Source of the DNA: Candidatus Jorgensenbacteria bacterium CG03_land_8_20_14_0_80_38_39
Lineage (GTDB): Bacteria > Patescibacteriota > Minisyncoccia > UBA6257 > GWB1-50-10
Length of the DNA stretch: 58,711 nt
Direction: 5' to 3'
NCBI GenBank assembly: GCA_002781185.1
Contig: PEUU01000020.1
Coordinates: 1 to 58,711 of the forward strand
Shown here: positions 10,701-18,715 of the stretch, in pieces
Layout of the letters: each line of letters opens with the position of its first letter
Numbering within the stretch: position 1 is the first letter of the stretch
Notes under the pieces: model-generated
The model's input: only the letters and a program-made list of their open reading frames with translations
Databases searched by the model: none
What the model was told of the DNA's origin: nothing
Made by a program: the position numbers and the translations under genes

Positions 10701-11534
10701 CTGATTTAATTTAAAGCGACCGACTCGGCCTAAATCATAACGGTCAAAGCGGCTAAACATCGGGTCAATTAAAGCTTGAGCGTTTTTAACCGTGGCTAAC
10801 TCGCCGGGCCTCAGTCTTTCATAAAGGTCAATATAAGATTCTTCAATAGTATGAACTTTATCCTTTTTTAAGGTGGCTTGAAGATACTGAATTTCTCCCT
10901 TGTCTTCTTTGGCAAAAGTTTCCAAAATTTTTTGGTCTTCGGTTAAACCGAAAATTCTCAAAAGTTCGGAAACCGGGGCTTTTCTTTTCCGGTCAATTTT
11001 AACCCCGATGAAACCGTCTTGACTGGTTTCAAATTCCAGCCACGAACCGCGGCTAGGAATGACTTTGGCGCCAAAATATCTTTTCCCGTGGATAACTTCG
11101 GCGGTAAAATAAATTCCGGCTGACCGAATTAATTGAGAAATAACTACTCTTTCAACGCCATTAATGATAAAAGTTCCCCGTTCAGTCATTACTGGAAAAT
11201 CTCCCAAATAAACATTATCTTGAACCTTGGTCCTTTTTCTGACCTTATCAATTAATTTAACTTTAATTCTTAAAGAGGCTTCGTAAGTTTGGTCTTTTTC
11301 CTTGGCTTGCCCCTCGGTATATTTCGGGGAATCAAAGCTGTAATCCAAAAAATGAAGTTCCAGTTCTTTGCTAGTATAGTCTTTAATTGGCGAAATCTCA
11401 TCAAAAAGTTCTTTCAAGCCTTCTTTTAAAAACCATTCATAAGAAAGGGTTTGAATTTCAATTAAATTTGGCTCGGGATATTCCGGACCTTGACGAGAAG
11501 AAAATATTTTGGTTTTTAACGCTGGTAGGGACAT
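4713..11534 (-). CDS. rpoBC: DNA-directed RNA polymerase beta-beta' fusion (rpoB and rpoC in one ORF)
   Basis: 2273-aa uninterrupted ORF. The N-terminal ~1045 aa are RpoB-like (…[13 protein letters not shown]…, ends …[11 protein letters not shown]). A ~26-aa Lys/Glu-rich linker is encoded at about 8315-8395. The C-terminal ~1200 aa are RpoC-like (YECYCGKYK zinc motif, [12 protein letters not shown] catalytic motif). Confidence 0.9.
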   Translation of the reverse strand: MSLPALKTKIFSSRQGPEYPEPNLIEIQTLSYEWFLKEGLKELFDEISPIKDYTSKELELHFLDYSFDSPKYTEGQAKEKDQTYEASLRIKVKLIDKVRKRTKVQDNVYLGDFPVMTERGTFIINGVERVVISQLIRSAGIYFTAEVIHGKRYFGAKVIPSRGSWLEFETSQDGFIGVKIDRKRKAPVSELLRIFGLTEDQKILETFAKEDKGEIQYLQATLKKDKVHTIEESYIDLYERLRPGELATVKNAQALIDPMFSRFDRYDLGRVGRFKLNQRLGLDKKKDSRFIDLEDLIAIIKEIIRLNNNPQAEPDNIDHLGNRRVRAVGELAQLRLRVGFARLKRVVQDRMSTLPEEDLQPVKLLNYKVLIAVLRDFFASSQLSQFMDQVNPLAELEHKRRLSTMGPGGLTRERAGLEVRDVLPSYYGRICPIQTPEGANIGLVNSLATYARLNEFGFLETPYFKVKNGAVTLEAVWLDAVEEERYTIASGGIALNAKNQIIEKTVEARIKGKPGLCNREEIDFIDVSPNQLISVSTSLIPFLEHDDANRALMGSNMQRQAVPLVRPEAPLVSTGQEEKAAFYSGQLLISNVSGVVSEVDAQKIVIKTESGSETYPLVKFKRPNQPTCLSQRPIVKKGQKVKKGEILADGSATNQGVLSLGQNLLAAFIPWEGANFEDAVILSERVARGDCFTSVHIETFLCLVRETKLGSEITTPDIANVSEEKLRNLDEEGIIRIGAEVQPNDILVGKISPKGELELTSEERLLKAIFGEKAREVKDTSLTLPNGKRGRVIGIKIFDRDKGDKLEPGIIKKIQVEVAQIRKIRAGDKLSGRHGNKGVISQIRPVEDMPYLEDGTPVDIVLNPLGVISRMNLGQIFETHLGWAAHQLGYRAIVPNFVGATEEEIKGELIKAGLPASGKITVYNGLTGESFRQPIAVGYIYMMKLNHLVEDKIHMRSTGPYSLITQQPLGGKAQMGGQRFGEMEVWALEGYGAAHLLQEMSTIKSDDVIGRSAAFEAIIRNQDIKKPNIPASFKVLVSELKSLGLSIFTNENKEKTEEEKYERKNIGRDELNLKSISIKVASPEEIKSWSYGEVTKAETINYRTQRPEKNGLFSERIFGPTKDYECYCGKYKKVRYKGIICEKCGVEVTRSAVRRERMGHITLAAPIAHIWFLRTVPSRLRLLLDVSLPKLEKVVYFAAYIVTSVDEGSRKKILKELEKEFKSLKKKAEADIENLTAQQTKLKEILTILKPGLILNEDEYLNLAERFGDIFEADRGAGALRKILEKIDLNSLAKNLEKEILQVKDINRQIHLRRRLKLVKSFIKAGIRPEWTILTILPVLPPELRPMVALDGGRYATADLNDLYRRVINRNNRLKKLIELKSPEVIIANEKRMLQEAVDALIDNTARTGSQILSSRRRPLRSLADTLKGKQGRFRQNLLGKRVDYSGRSVIVIGPELKLNECGLPKILALELFRPFVISKIIERGLAYNIKNANRFIEQESPEVWAILEEVIADKRVLLNRAPTLHRLSIQAFKPILIEGLAIRIPPMVCAAFNADFDGDQMAVHLPLTKEAQYEAKHLMDATLGVLKPANGEPITSPTTDITLGCYFLTKIKERAKGEGKIFADEREAMLAYENGFIDIQTKIKVPNPKNSNSDSISLIETTYGRLIFNRALPAELSFVNETMNKKALSRVVSRIIELCGPESAYVFLDKIKDLGFSYSTLSAITWNMSDVLTPPAKKEILARAEKEMEEINSQLEEGLLTQEERTEKAVLLWTKVNEEVSKEVSKILLPDNPIFSIIDSGSRGSWSQINQMMGMKGLVQDPNMRIIELPIKSSYKEGLGVLEYFFATHGARKGSTDTALKTAQAGYLTRRLVDVAQDLIIKEKDCGTNKGIEIVRKESDEYNYNFAERLFSRTALEDIRIGRKLIVRAGEIISQEQAKKIQESGLESVKIRSPITCKSFFGVCSACYGLDLSRNKPIDIGEAIGIIAAQSIGEPGMQLTLRTFHVGGIAGMDITYGLPRVEEVFEARPPKGAALLAKGDGKVKVIEEKGNEKIIKIQEAVKSKSKKSEIVEYPVPIYVNLLIKEGERVYKGQPLYEGPLNLRDVLIYQGIEALERYIINEVQKIYVSAGASINDKHIEVIVRQMLSRVLVTDPGDTEIMVNDLMEKSRFLQINKEMKQLKGNLAKAKQKILGISRVALTTESFLSAASFQETSRVLVTAATEGRTDYLRGLKENVIIGKLIPVGTAFRGIPKDLLTPSKEADKVEEKEEDE

Positions 11535-11544
11535 AACTAAAAAT

Positions 11545-12567
11545 TTAAAGATATTTTGCCCGATTTAAATTATGAGTATCCAGGTTTTTAGAAAAAATCG
11601 TTTCGCCATTTTTGGAAGAAAGGTAATACCAGTAAGGGCTGGCTTTGGACGTAAGTGCTGCTTGAATGGCATTGACGCTCGGATTAGAAATCGGCGTGGG
11701 CGTCCAGCCTAAATTTTTATAAGTATTGTAGGCCGAATTAAGGGTTAAGTCGTCTTTAGTTATTAAAGGATTGGGGCAATTTTTTAAACGGCCGCCGCAT
11801 TTAACATAAGTGACGGTAGCGTCAATTTGCAAAGGCATCCTTGCCAAAAGCCGCTTTAAAATGATGCCAGCAACCATCTGTCGGTCTTCAAATTTAGGCA
11901 CTTCTCTTTCCAGAAAAGAAGCTAAGGTAAGATAACGATACCAATCGGCATTATTAACCAGCAGCGGCCAAGCTTTATTTTGAAAATTGCCTAAAACTTT
12001 TTCCAGCACTTGGTCAACCGAAGAATACATCTTAAAATGATAAGTGTCGGGCATCAAAAATCCCTCCAGACTGTCAATATCAATATTAATCAAAAAGGGG
12101 TAACTATTATTAAGCCTCTTGGCCGGAAAACTGACCAGAGAATTCTTCTCAATGACTTTAGCGGCGCTTAAAATATCATCAATGTCTTTTAGGGTTGAAC
12201 CGTCCGGAACAGCAACAACCGCTTCATCTTTCCCGGCGGCCACTAAACTGTTAACAATTTGGGGTATGCTCATCGCCGCGTTTAAGTCATAAAGGCCGGG
12301 CTGAAATTTTTGAGCCTTACCGCTTAAAAGGGCATAAAGTTTAAAAATAAAAGCGGATTTTATTAAAGATTTTTGAACTAAACCATCGCCTATTTCTTTT
12401 AAACTATCCCCTTTAGTGATTTGAAACTTTACCTCCGGCGCCCCTTGAGTTAAAGGAACTAATCCGTAAAAAAAATAAGCGGTGCTAAATATAAAAACAA
12501 AGGCCATTCCGATGCCAACAAAAAAACGTAGGCTTAATAAACCTCTTTGGTTAAATTGAGGATTCAA
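11545..12567 (-). CDS. mltG: Endolytic murein transglycosylase MltG (YceG family)
   Basis: 340 aa with an N-terminal TM segment and YceG-like motifs LEGFLMPDTYHF, ASFLEREV and TPTPISNPS. Confidence 0.8.
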   Translation of the reverse strand: MNPQFNQRGLLSLRFFVGIGMAFVFIFSTAYFFYGLVPLTQGAPEVKFQITKGDSLKEIGDGLVQKSLIKSAFIFKLYALLSGKAQKFQPGLYDLNAAMSIPQIVNSLVAAGKDEAVVAVPDGSTLKDIDDILSAAKVIEKNSLVSFPAKRLNNSYPFLINIDIDSLEGFLMPDTYHFKMYSSVDQVLEKVLGNFQNKAWPLLVNNADWYRYLTLASFLEREVPKFEDRQMVAGIILKRLLARMPLQIDATVTYVKCGGRLKNCPNPLITKDDLTLNSAYNTYKNLGWTPTPISNPSVNAIQAALTSKASPYWYYLSSKNGETIFSKNLDTHNLNRAKYL

Positions 12568-13630
12568 GATTAATATATTGAATTATACTTATGAGGAAAG
12601 CATTCGTCAATAGGCTCGACCCTCCGTAACTTAAGAAGGGGAAAGTAATTCCGGTTACCGGCAAAAGAGCCAAATTGGAACCAAGGTTTAAAAAAAATTG
12701 GATGGCTAATGCCAAAACCGTTCCCAAACTAATAAACTTCCAAGAATTACTTTTCGCTTTTAAGCCGATTTGAATTAACCTAGCAATAATTACAATAAAA
12801 GTCAAGATTATAAGGCAGCCGCCAAAAACCCCCCACTCTTCAACAAGAGCGGCAAAAATAAAATCAGCTTGGGCTTCGGGTAAAAAATGAAACTGGCTTT
12901 GGGTACCGGCCATAAAACCCTTCCCTAAAAAACCGGCGGAACCAATGGCAATTTTTGCTTGAATGGCATTATAATTTATCCCCAAAGGGTCATGGGCCGG
13001 AAACAAAAAACCAATTATCCTATCTTGTTGATAAGGCTTAAGAAAAAAAATCCAGCTCAAGATTAAAAGAACCAAAATAAAAACCGTTCCCCAAAGCAAT
13101 CTTTTTTTACTGATTTTACTCATCAGCAAAAAACCGGCCCAAATACCTATTAAAACAACAGCCGAACCCAAATCCGGTTGAAAAGCGACTAAAATTGCCG
13201 GCAGCCAGGCGTAAAGAGATGAAATAAGAATATTTTTCCCTTGCCAAGCCTCAAGATGACGCCGAGAAAAAAAACTGGCCAAAATTAAAATTAGGGTCAT
13301 CTTGACTATTTCCGCGGGTTCAAATTGTAAATTCCCAATGCTTAACCAGCTGGTGGTGCCGCGAACTAATTTATTCTGAAGATTGGAAAATATCAAAAAA
13401 ATAATGCTCAACCAATATAAAACCAAAAGAAACCCTTTTTGATTGATAATTAACCGCCAATTAAAATTAATGCCGACAAAAATTATTATTAGCGCTAAAA
13501 CATACCATACCAACTGCCGCCAAAAAAAACGCTGACTGTAACCAAATAAGAAAGTTAAACTAAAAGCGGCCAATAAAAAAATAGCGGCCAATAGCCACCA
13601 GTCTATTTTTTTTAACCGGAGAATAATCAT
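12551..13630 (-). CDS. SEDS-family peptidoglycan glycosyltransferase (RodA/FtsW)
   Basis: 359-aa polytopic protein with motifs QPDLGSAVV, FIFAALVEEWG and PVTGITFPFLSYGGSS. Confidence 0.85.
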   Translation of the reverse strand: MIILRLKKIDWWLLAAIFLLAAFSLTFLFGYSQRFFWRQLVWYVLALIIIFVGINFNWRLIINQKGFLLVLYWLSIIFLIFSNLQNKLVRGTTSWLSIGNLQFEPAEIVKMTLILILASFFSRRHLEAWQGKNILISSLYAWLPAILVAFQPDLGSAVVLIGIWAGFLLMSKISKKRLLWGTVFILVLLILSWIFFLKPYQQDRIIGFLFPAHDPLGINYNAIQAKIAIGSAGFLGKGFMAGTQSQFHFLPEAQADFIFAALVEEWGVFGGCLIILTFIVIIARLIQIGLKAKSNSWKFISLGTVLALAIQFFLNLGSNLALLPVTGITFPFLSYGGSSLLTNAFLISIIQYINLESSI

Positions 13631-14388
13631 AACTTCCCATTAACAAAAACATCGGTCTTTGAAGAATCGGTATTTTGTTCCAAAAAATTATCCCGGGGAA
13701 AAACAACTGTAAAACTTCCCTCTTGCAGACTTTCTATTCTGGGAACATAAGTTTGGGCAACAAAAAGAAAACGGCCAAATTTATCTTTGAGAAAGGCTAA
13801 AATTTTCAAATCCGAGGCGGCTAAAATACTGCCGTTAAAAACGCGGCCGCTTACTTGAATGCCGGAAGGAGTAATTTCTGTTGTCCAAGAAGAGACTTTC
13901 AAGTTTGGTTTAGTTACTTCCTTAGTTGATTTCCAAGTCGGTTTCCCTAAAGAAACATCGGCCTCAATTACATCTTTGCCTAAATTAGAATCCGCTCCGA
14001 AAATATACTTTCTTGTCAAATCATAAATAAAACTAGAGCCGTTTATTGTTTTAAGCAAACGATGAGGTCGGCCGTAAAGATTGATTTGATAAGAAAAATC
14101 AGCCGCCGTATATCCAGGATTAGGATTAAAAATTTCCGCCAAAATTGCCAACTGGCCGCCGGCTAAGGCGAAAAATTGAGGTCGGCTGGCCTGGAGGGGT
14201 TTTAAATGAAAAATAGCGCAAGACAAACAAGGACCGCCGCAATCAACATCTTCCTCGCCTTGATTTTTAATCTGGTCAAAACAAGTGGGCGTTGGTTTTA
14301 AAACTATTTCATAAAAACCCCAAACAATGAGTCCAAAAACTGCCAGAAAAAATACGCCGTAAATAAATTTTTTCCATCCTCGGGACAT
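13627..14388 (-). CDS. Membrane-anchored hypothetical protein with Cys-rich motif
   Basis: 253 aa with an N-terminal TM segment and the motif CFDQIKNQGEEDVDCGGPCLSC. It is translationally coupled to the SEDS gene. Family unknown. Confidence 0.5.
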   Translation of the reverse strand: MSRGWKKFIYGVFFLAVFGLIVWGFYEIVLKPTPTCFDQIKNQGEEDVDCGGPCLSCAIFHLKPLQASRPQFFALAGGQLAILAEIFNPNPGYTAADFSYQINLYGRPHRLLKTINGSSFIYDLTRKYIFGADSNLGKDVIEADVSLGKPTWKSTKEVTKPNLKVSSWTTEITPSGIQVSGRVFNGSILAASDLKILAFLKDKFGRFLFVAQTYVPRIESLQEGSFTVVFPRDNFLEQNTDSSKTDVFVNGKL

Positions 14389-14403
14389 AACTTTTGGATA
14401 TTT

Positions 14404-15234
14404 TTATTTGTAAGATTTCATAGCGTTGATGATTTTTTTAAATTCCCCGGCTTTTAAACTGGCTCCGCCAACCAAAGCGCCGTCAATTTCCGGGTATTTA
14501 AGAAAGGCGGCTAAATTTTCTGAATTAACAGAACCGCCGTACAATAATTTTGAATTTTGAATTTTGAATTTTGAATTAAGAAACGATTTTATAAACTTTG
14601 CCATTTCAGCGGTTTCGGCTGGTGCAGCGGCCCGGCCAGTGCCAATTGCCCAGACTGGCTCGTAAGCCACAATAAGAGAATTTTGAATTTTGAAATCCGA
14701 AATCCGAAGTCTGAAATCTGAAGTCTGAAATCTGAAGAGGTCTTTTTCTAATTGATTTTTTACATAATTCTTTGCCCATTTTATATTCCGCCCTGTTTCA
14801 TTTTTCATCTGCGTCAGTCCGCGTTCAGTCCACGTCAGTCCGCGTTCAGTCCGCGTTTGTCCGCGTTGAGAAGGTTCGCCAATACATAAAATCACTTTTA
14901 AGCCAGCGCAGAGAGCGGCAATGATTTTTTTATTAATCATTTCATCGGTTTCTTTTAAATAAATTCTCCTTTCCGAATGGCCGACAATAACATATTTAAC
15001 TCCCAGATTTTTAAGCATCTGGGAAGAAATTTCTCCGGTGTAAGCGCCGCTTTCGGCCCAAAAAACATCTTGAGCCGCCAGCGAAGCTTTTTTTAAAATT
15101 TTTGAAATCGAAGATAAAAATACAAAAGGCGGGGCAATAATAATATTTTCTTTGTCTATCGCCCGAGCCAAATTAAGCGCTTTTTGCTCCTCAAAGGGAT
15201 TCATCTTCCAATTGGCAATTATGATTTTCTTCAT
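14404..15234 (-). CDS. tpiA: Triosephosphate isomerase carrying repeat-encoded insertions
   Basis: NWKMN, VGHSERR, AYEPVWAIGTG and YGGSV motifs are present. There are 69 residues between CIGE and AYEPVWAIGTG, versus 34 in E. coli TPI from memory. The extra residues (QRGQTRTERGLTWTERGLTQ and FRFQTSDFRLRISDFKIQNS) are encoded by tandem repeats. Confidence 0.9.
   Translation of the reverse strand: MKKIIIANWKMNPFEEQKALNLARAIDKENIIIAPPFVFLSSISKILKKASLAAQDVFWAESGAYTGEISSQMLKNLGVKYVIVGHSERRIYLKETDEMINKKIIAALCAGLKVILCIGEPSQRGQTRTERGLTWTERGLTQMKNETGRNIKWAKNYVKNQLEKDLFRFQTSDFRLRISDFKIQNSLIVAYEPVWAIGTGRAAAPAETAEMAKFIKSFLNSKFKIQNSKLLYGGSVNSENLAAFLKYPEIDGALVGGASLKAGEFKKIINAMKSYK
14548..14578. repeat. Heptamer tandem array (gaatttt x4) inside tpiA
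   Basis: gaattttgaattttgaattttgaatt encodes NSKFKIQNSK. Confidence 0.85.
14679..14740. repeat. Heptamer tandem array (gaaNtNt x about 9) inside tpiA
   Basis: gaattttgaattttgaaatccgaaatccgaagtctgaaatctgaagtctgaaatctgaag. It gives a 21-nt / 7-aa periodic peptide DFRFQTS-DFRLRIS-DFKIQNS. It resembles the arms of 16S insertion 6. Confidence 0.85.
14809..14867. repeat. GCGT-rich 10-11 bp tandem units (cagtccgcgtt) inside tpiA
   Basis: Bases 14828-14865 are 34/38 identical to 30281-30318 in 16S insertion 3, by hand alignment. Confidence 0.85.
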
Positions 15235-15287
15235 GGCTGTTTTTCTTATTGTATCATAACGTCATTCCAACTAAGAAAGAAATTACG

Positions 15288-15326
15288 TGTCTTCAATTCT
15301 TCCACATATGTGAAGAAACTGAAGAC
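15288..15326. repeat. Imperfect palindrome centred on ACATATGT
   Basis: gtcttcaattcttccacatatgtgaagaaactgaagac lies in the tpiA / galT-like spacer. It has the same core as 2203-2230. Confidence 0.7.
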
Positions 15327-15346
15327 ATTTGAATTGGTTAATTAGG

Positions 15347-16354
15347 CTATTTTCTTAGGATTTTTGCGGCTAAATCCGGGTCAATAACATTAATTTCAAT
15401 CCCCGTGCCCAATTCAAAACCTGCCTGGATGCTAAATTTTGGCAAAATTTCCATATGCCAGTGATAATGCTGATAAGCTCTTTTGTTTTTTAAAGGCGAA
15501 GTATGAATGAAAAAATTGTAATCTGGACCATTTAAATTCTTTTTCAGAAGATGAAGGACTTGACGCAAAATAATAGCCACCCCTCTCAATTCTCCATCAG
15601 GTGTATTTTCAAAATAAGGCTGGTGTTTTTTTAAAAAAACCCTTACCTCAAAGGGGTTGCGAGAAACAAAAGGAGCAAAGGCAATGGCATCTTTATTTTC
15701 GGCAATAATTCTTTTTTTCTCTTTTTTCTCCCAATCAATAATCGCGCAGTGAACGCAGCTATGATGTTCTTTAAAGTAGCGGTCGGAGCCGGCTAAAGAG
15801 TGGCTGACATCCGGCGGAACAACCGGCAAAGAAATAATTTGGTAATGAGGGTGATAAACCGAAGCTCCGGCTAAGGTTCCCCAATTATGAAAAATAGAAA
15901 CATAAGCCAAGTTTTTGTTGCCAGCTAGCATTAAATAGCGGTCGCGAAAAGCGACCAAAACCTGAATGGCTTCTTCTAAAGAAAGTTCAAAAAAATCTTT
16001 AAAATGACTGTTGGTCACCACCAAATCATGACGTCCTCTTCCTTCAACCACATTGTAGGGACCCTCTTTTTTTAGAACAATTTTTCCTTTTTGAGGAATA
16101 ACCAAATGATTCAGCACCGGGTAATCATTGGGAAAAATTAAAATTTTTGCCGGTCCTGTTTCTGGCCAGCGCAAAATGATTTTCCCCTCTATCCTTTTTA
16201 AAAATTTTTTGCCCTCAAAAGGACAGGTTTTTTTTGACGGAACTATTTGCTTGACTTTCTTTTTTAAAAACTGGTCGGGCCGCCTCAAACGACCCGGGGC
16301 AATAATAACCCAATCGCCGGAAACTAAATCTTGACGCAGTTCGGAGTTTTCCAT
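15347..16354 (-). CDS. GalT-family nucleotidyltransferase (galactose-1-phosphate uridylyltransferase / ADP-glucose phosphorylase-like)
   Basis: 335 aa with HIT-like histidine motifs HPHYQI and HWHMEILP and a Cys/His cluster (CVHC). Confidence 0.75.
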   Translation of the reverse strand: MENSELRQDLVSGDWVIIAPGRLRRPDQFLKKKVKQIVPSKKTCPFEGKKFLKRIEGKIILRWPETGPAKILIFPNDYPVLNHLVIPQKGKIVLKKEGPYNVVEGRGRHDLVVTNSHFKDFFELSLEEAIQVLVAFRDRYLMLAGNKNLAYVSIFHNWGTLAGASVYHPHYQIISLPVVPPDVSHSLAGSDRYFKEHHSCVHCAIIDWEKKEKKRIIAENKDAIAFAPFVSRNPFEVRVFLKKHQPYFENTPDGELRGVAIILRQVLHLLKKNLNGPDYNFFIHTSPLKNKRAYQHYHWHMEILPKFSIQAGFELGTGIEINVIDPDLAAKILRK

Positions 16355-16361
16355 ATTTCCA

Positions 16362-17087
16362 TTATAATTGGTACTTATTTCTCTTCAACCAGCAAGTGAT
16401 TTTCAAGAGGTCTTTAAAAGTAGAAAAATAATCGCCGAACTTTACGGCTGAACGCAAATCGTTTTTCCAAATAACCGGTATTTCTTTAATTTTATACCCC
16501 AGTTTTTTAGCCAAAGCCAAAATTTCCATATCAAACCCCCAACGGTCAATTTTTGCCAAAGAAAAGATTTTTTCCGCCGCTTCTTCGGAAAAACATTTAA
16601 AACCGCATTGGCTATCTTTTATCCCGGGCAAGAGAAGAATTTGAATCAACCAATTGGAAAAACGACCTAAAATTCTTTTATACCAAGGCTGAGGAGGGTC
16701 TAAAATCGCTCCTTTGACTGCTCGAGAACCGATAACAACTTCATATCCTTCTTTAAAAAAAGGCAGCATTTTTTCAAATTGGTCAATGGAGGTTGAATTA
16801 TCAGCGTCAGTAAATAAACGCCAATTGCCCTTGGCTTGAAGCATTCCTTGACGAACGACAAATCCCTTCCCATAATTTTCTTTATTTTCAATTAAACGGA
16901 GATTTTTAATTAAATGACTGAAGCGTTTTACAACATCAGCCGTAGCGTCAGTTGAACCATCATTATCCACAATTATTTCGTAAGAATATTCTGCTTTTGA
17001 TAAATGCCGGTCAATGTCTATTAAGGTAAGGGGCAAACGCTTGGCTTCATTATAAGCCGGGATAATAACTGACAAAAATGGTTTCAT
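16362..17087 (-). CDS. Family 2 glycosyltransferase (polyprenyl-phosphate sugar synthase-like)
   Basis: 241 aa with motifs VIIPAYNE, DNDGSTD and TDAD. Confidence 0.85.
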   Translation of the reverse strand: MKPFLSVIIPAYNEAKRLPLTLIDIDRHLSKAEYSYEIIVDNDGSTDATADVVKRFSHLIKNLRLIENKENYGKGFVVRQGMLQAKGNWRLFTDADNSTSIDQFEKMLPFFKEGYEVVIGSRAVKGAILDPPQPWYKRILGRFSNWLIQILLLPGIKDSQCGFKCFSEEAAEKIFSLAKIDRWGFDMEILALAKKLGYKIKEIPVIWKNDLRSAVKFGDYFSTFKDLLKITCWLKRNKYQL

Positions 17088-17096
17088 AAAATAATT

Positions 17097-17255
17097 CTAA
17101 TTTAATAAATCTTTTTTGTAAATTACGGGGTCAGACCCCGGAGAAATTAATCTCTTTTTTAATTTTATATGGCTTCCCTTTTGAGAAATGAAATAAAAAC
17201 CGAAGTCCCGGCATAAAATTTGAATAACCTTCTTACCGGAAAGAATTTTAGACAT
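17097..17255 (-). CDS. HicA-like toxin, short and possibly degenerate
   Basis: 52-aa ORF below the track cutoff, translated by hand: MSKILSGKKVIQILCRDFGFYFISQKGSHIKLKKRLISPGSDPVIYKKDLLN. The N-terminal 34 aa match the HicA pattern (…GSHxKL). The C-terminus is atypical and runs through a GC hairpin ccggggtctgaccccg. Its start overlaps the hicB stop. Confidence 0.5.
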   Translation of the reverse strand: MSKILSGKKVIQILCRDFGFYFISQKGSHIKLKKRLISPGSDPVIYKKDLLN

Positions 17256-17466
17256 GCACAATCTCCAAAGTAGTAATCAACGGATTCTTTTTAAGAAGAC
17301 GTCTTTTAGCGGGAGGCATATCTTCTAAATAAAGCTCTACTGCTTCTTTAAGATTTTTCTGCGCTTCTTTAACTGTTTTCCCTTGACTTACCACACCTAA
17401 TTCAACACAACGAGCCACATACCATTTATTTTCTTTAATAATGATTGTCGTAAATTTATAAATCAT
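17248..17466 (-). CDS. HicB-family antitoxin (UPF0150 fold)
   Basis: 72 aa. WYVARCVELGVVSQGKTVKEAQKNLKEAVELYLE is typical of HicB N-domain proteins. Confidence 0.7.
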   Translation of the reverse strand: MIYKFTTIIIKENKWYVARCVELGVVSQGKTVKEAQKNLKEAVELYLEDMPPAKRRLLKKNPLITTLEIVHV

Positions 17467-17555
17467 ATATTAGTGATAACTCTTCACTTAAGATAAGTCA
17501 AACATTTTATAAACTCAAAAATATCTTATCAACTCTTAGCCATTTTTAAATAAAA

Positions 17556-18011
17556 TTACAAAATCAAAGAAGATAAAAAAAGAACAACAAGGCCGGAAAT
17601 CAAAACGCCTAAGCTGAGCATTAAGCTGGCGCGCCTGAGGGGAATGTCAAACAAAAAAACCGCCACGCTTGCCGTCCAAACTCCGCCTAAAACGGGAATG
17701 GGAATCGCAGTTAAAACAAGAAGACCAAGATTTTCAAAAATAGCCTGATGTTTCAAAAAACGACGACGCACGTGTTCAAAGATGAAAGAAAAAAGCCGAT
17801 TGAGATAATAATTCCGCCGCATCAACCAGCCGGCCAAATGTCGCCAAAACAGGATTAAAGGGATAGCCGGCAAAAAATTACCAACAACGCTCAAAAGATA
17901 AGCTTTAAAAATCGGCATACCCCAAACCAAAATTGCCATTGGCAGAGCGCCGCGAAGTTCGGCTAAAGGCGAAGCGGCTATTAAAATAGTCAGTAATTCT
18001 TTAGACATCAA
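17556..18011 (-). CDS. Small membrane protein, COG2426 / small multidrug export-like
   Basis: 151 aa with 4 predicted TM segments and an N-terminal PLAELRGALP motif. Confidence 0.45.
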   Translation of the reverse strand: MMSKELLTILIAASPLAELRGALPMAILVWGMPIFKAYLLSVVGNFLPAIPLILFWRHLAGWLMRRNYYLNRLFSFIFEHVRRRFLKHQAIFENLGLLVLTAIPIPVLGGVWTASVAVFLFDIPLRRASLMLSLGVLISGLVVLFLSSLIL

Positions 18012-18088
18012 GTTATTTGAACATCCTATTGTTCTGTATATTATTCTAAACCTAGAAATCTAAAATTTTGTTTGAAATCTTGAAAAAA

Positions 18089-18709
18089 CTATTGGGGATA
18101 ATCGGAAGTGTCTGATTTTTTAAAAACAATATAGCGGTAAGTCAGAAAATTCCAAATTAAAGAAATAAGGACGGCAATTAAGGCGCTGATGTTTGCCCAT
18201 ATTTTAAAATTAAAATTGCCAATCGGACCGACGACATTCACCAAAAATGAAGCAACGCCGACATTAATTAAAGCGCCCAAAAGACTAAAAACAAAGAAAC
18301 GGGTATACTCTTTAAAATTGGCTGGCGTCCGGCTTTGAAATGTCCAAAATTTATTCCAAAAATAACTGTTAGCCGAAGCCACCAAAAAAGAAATTGCTTT
18401 AAATAAACTAAAAGACCAGCCAGAAGCAATATTAGTTGCTAAAATCAGAAGATTTAAAACTCCAAAATCCAAAACCGTGTTTAAAACTCCAACCGCGGCG
18501 AATTTACCGATTTGTTCCAAAACCGGAAAAAAGCGACTTAAAATTTTTAGCCACCAAAGAGCTAAGGGGGCAAATAAACTAAAGCCCATAACCGAAACCA
18601 AAACAATAAAAATGGTGATTTTAACCCCTGCACTAGCCAAAGGCAAAAGAACCAAAAAACCAACAAGGAAACCGATTAAGGTGACTAAATAATAATCCTT
18701 TTTATTCAT
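18089..18709 (-). CDS. GtrA-family membrane protein
   Basis: 206 aa. Motifs FAAVGVLNTVLDFGVLNLL and the C-terminal YRYIVFK are present, with 4 TM segments plus an extra N-terminal TM. Confidence 0.7.
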   Translation of the reverse strand: MNKKDYYLVTLIGFLVGFLVLLPLASAGVKITIFIVLVSVMGFSLFAPLALWWLKILSRFFPVLEQIGKFAAVGVLNTVLDFGVLNLLILATNIASGWSFSLFKAISFLVASANSYFWNKFWTFQSRTPANFKEYTRFFVFSLLGALINVGVASFLVNVVGPIGNFNFKIWANISALIAVLISLIWNFLTYRYIVFKKSDTSDYPQ

Positions 18710-18715
18710 TTTTAT

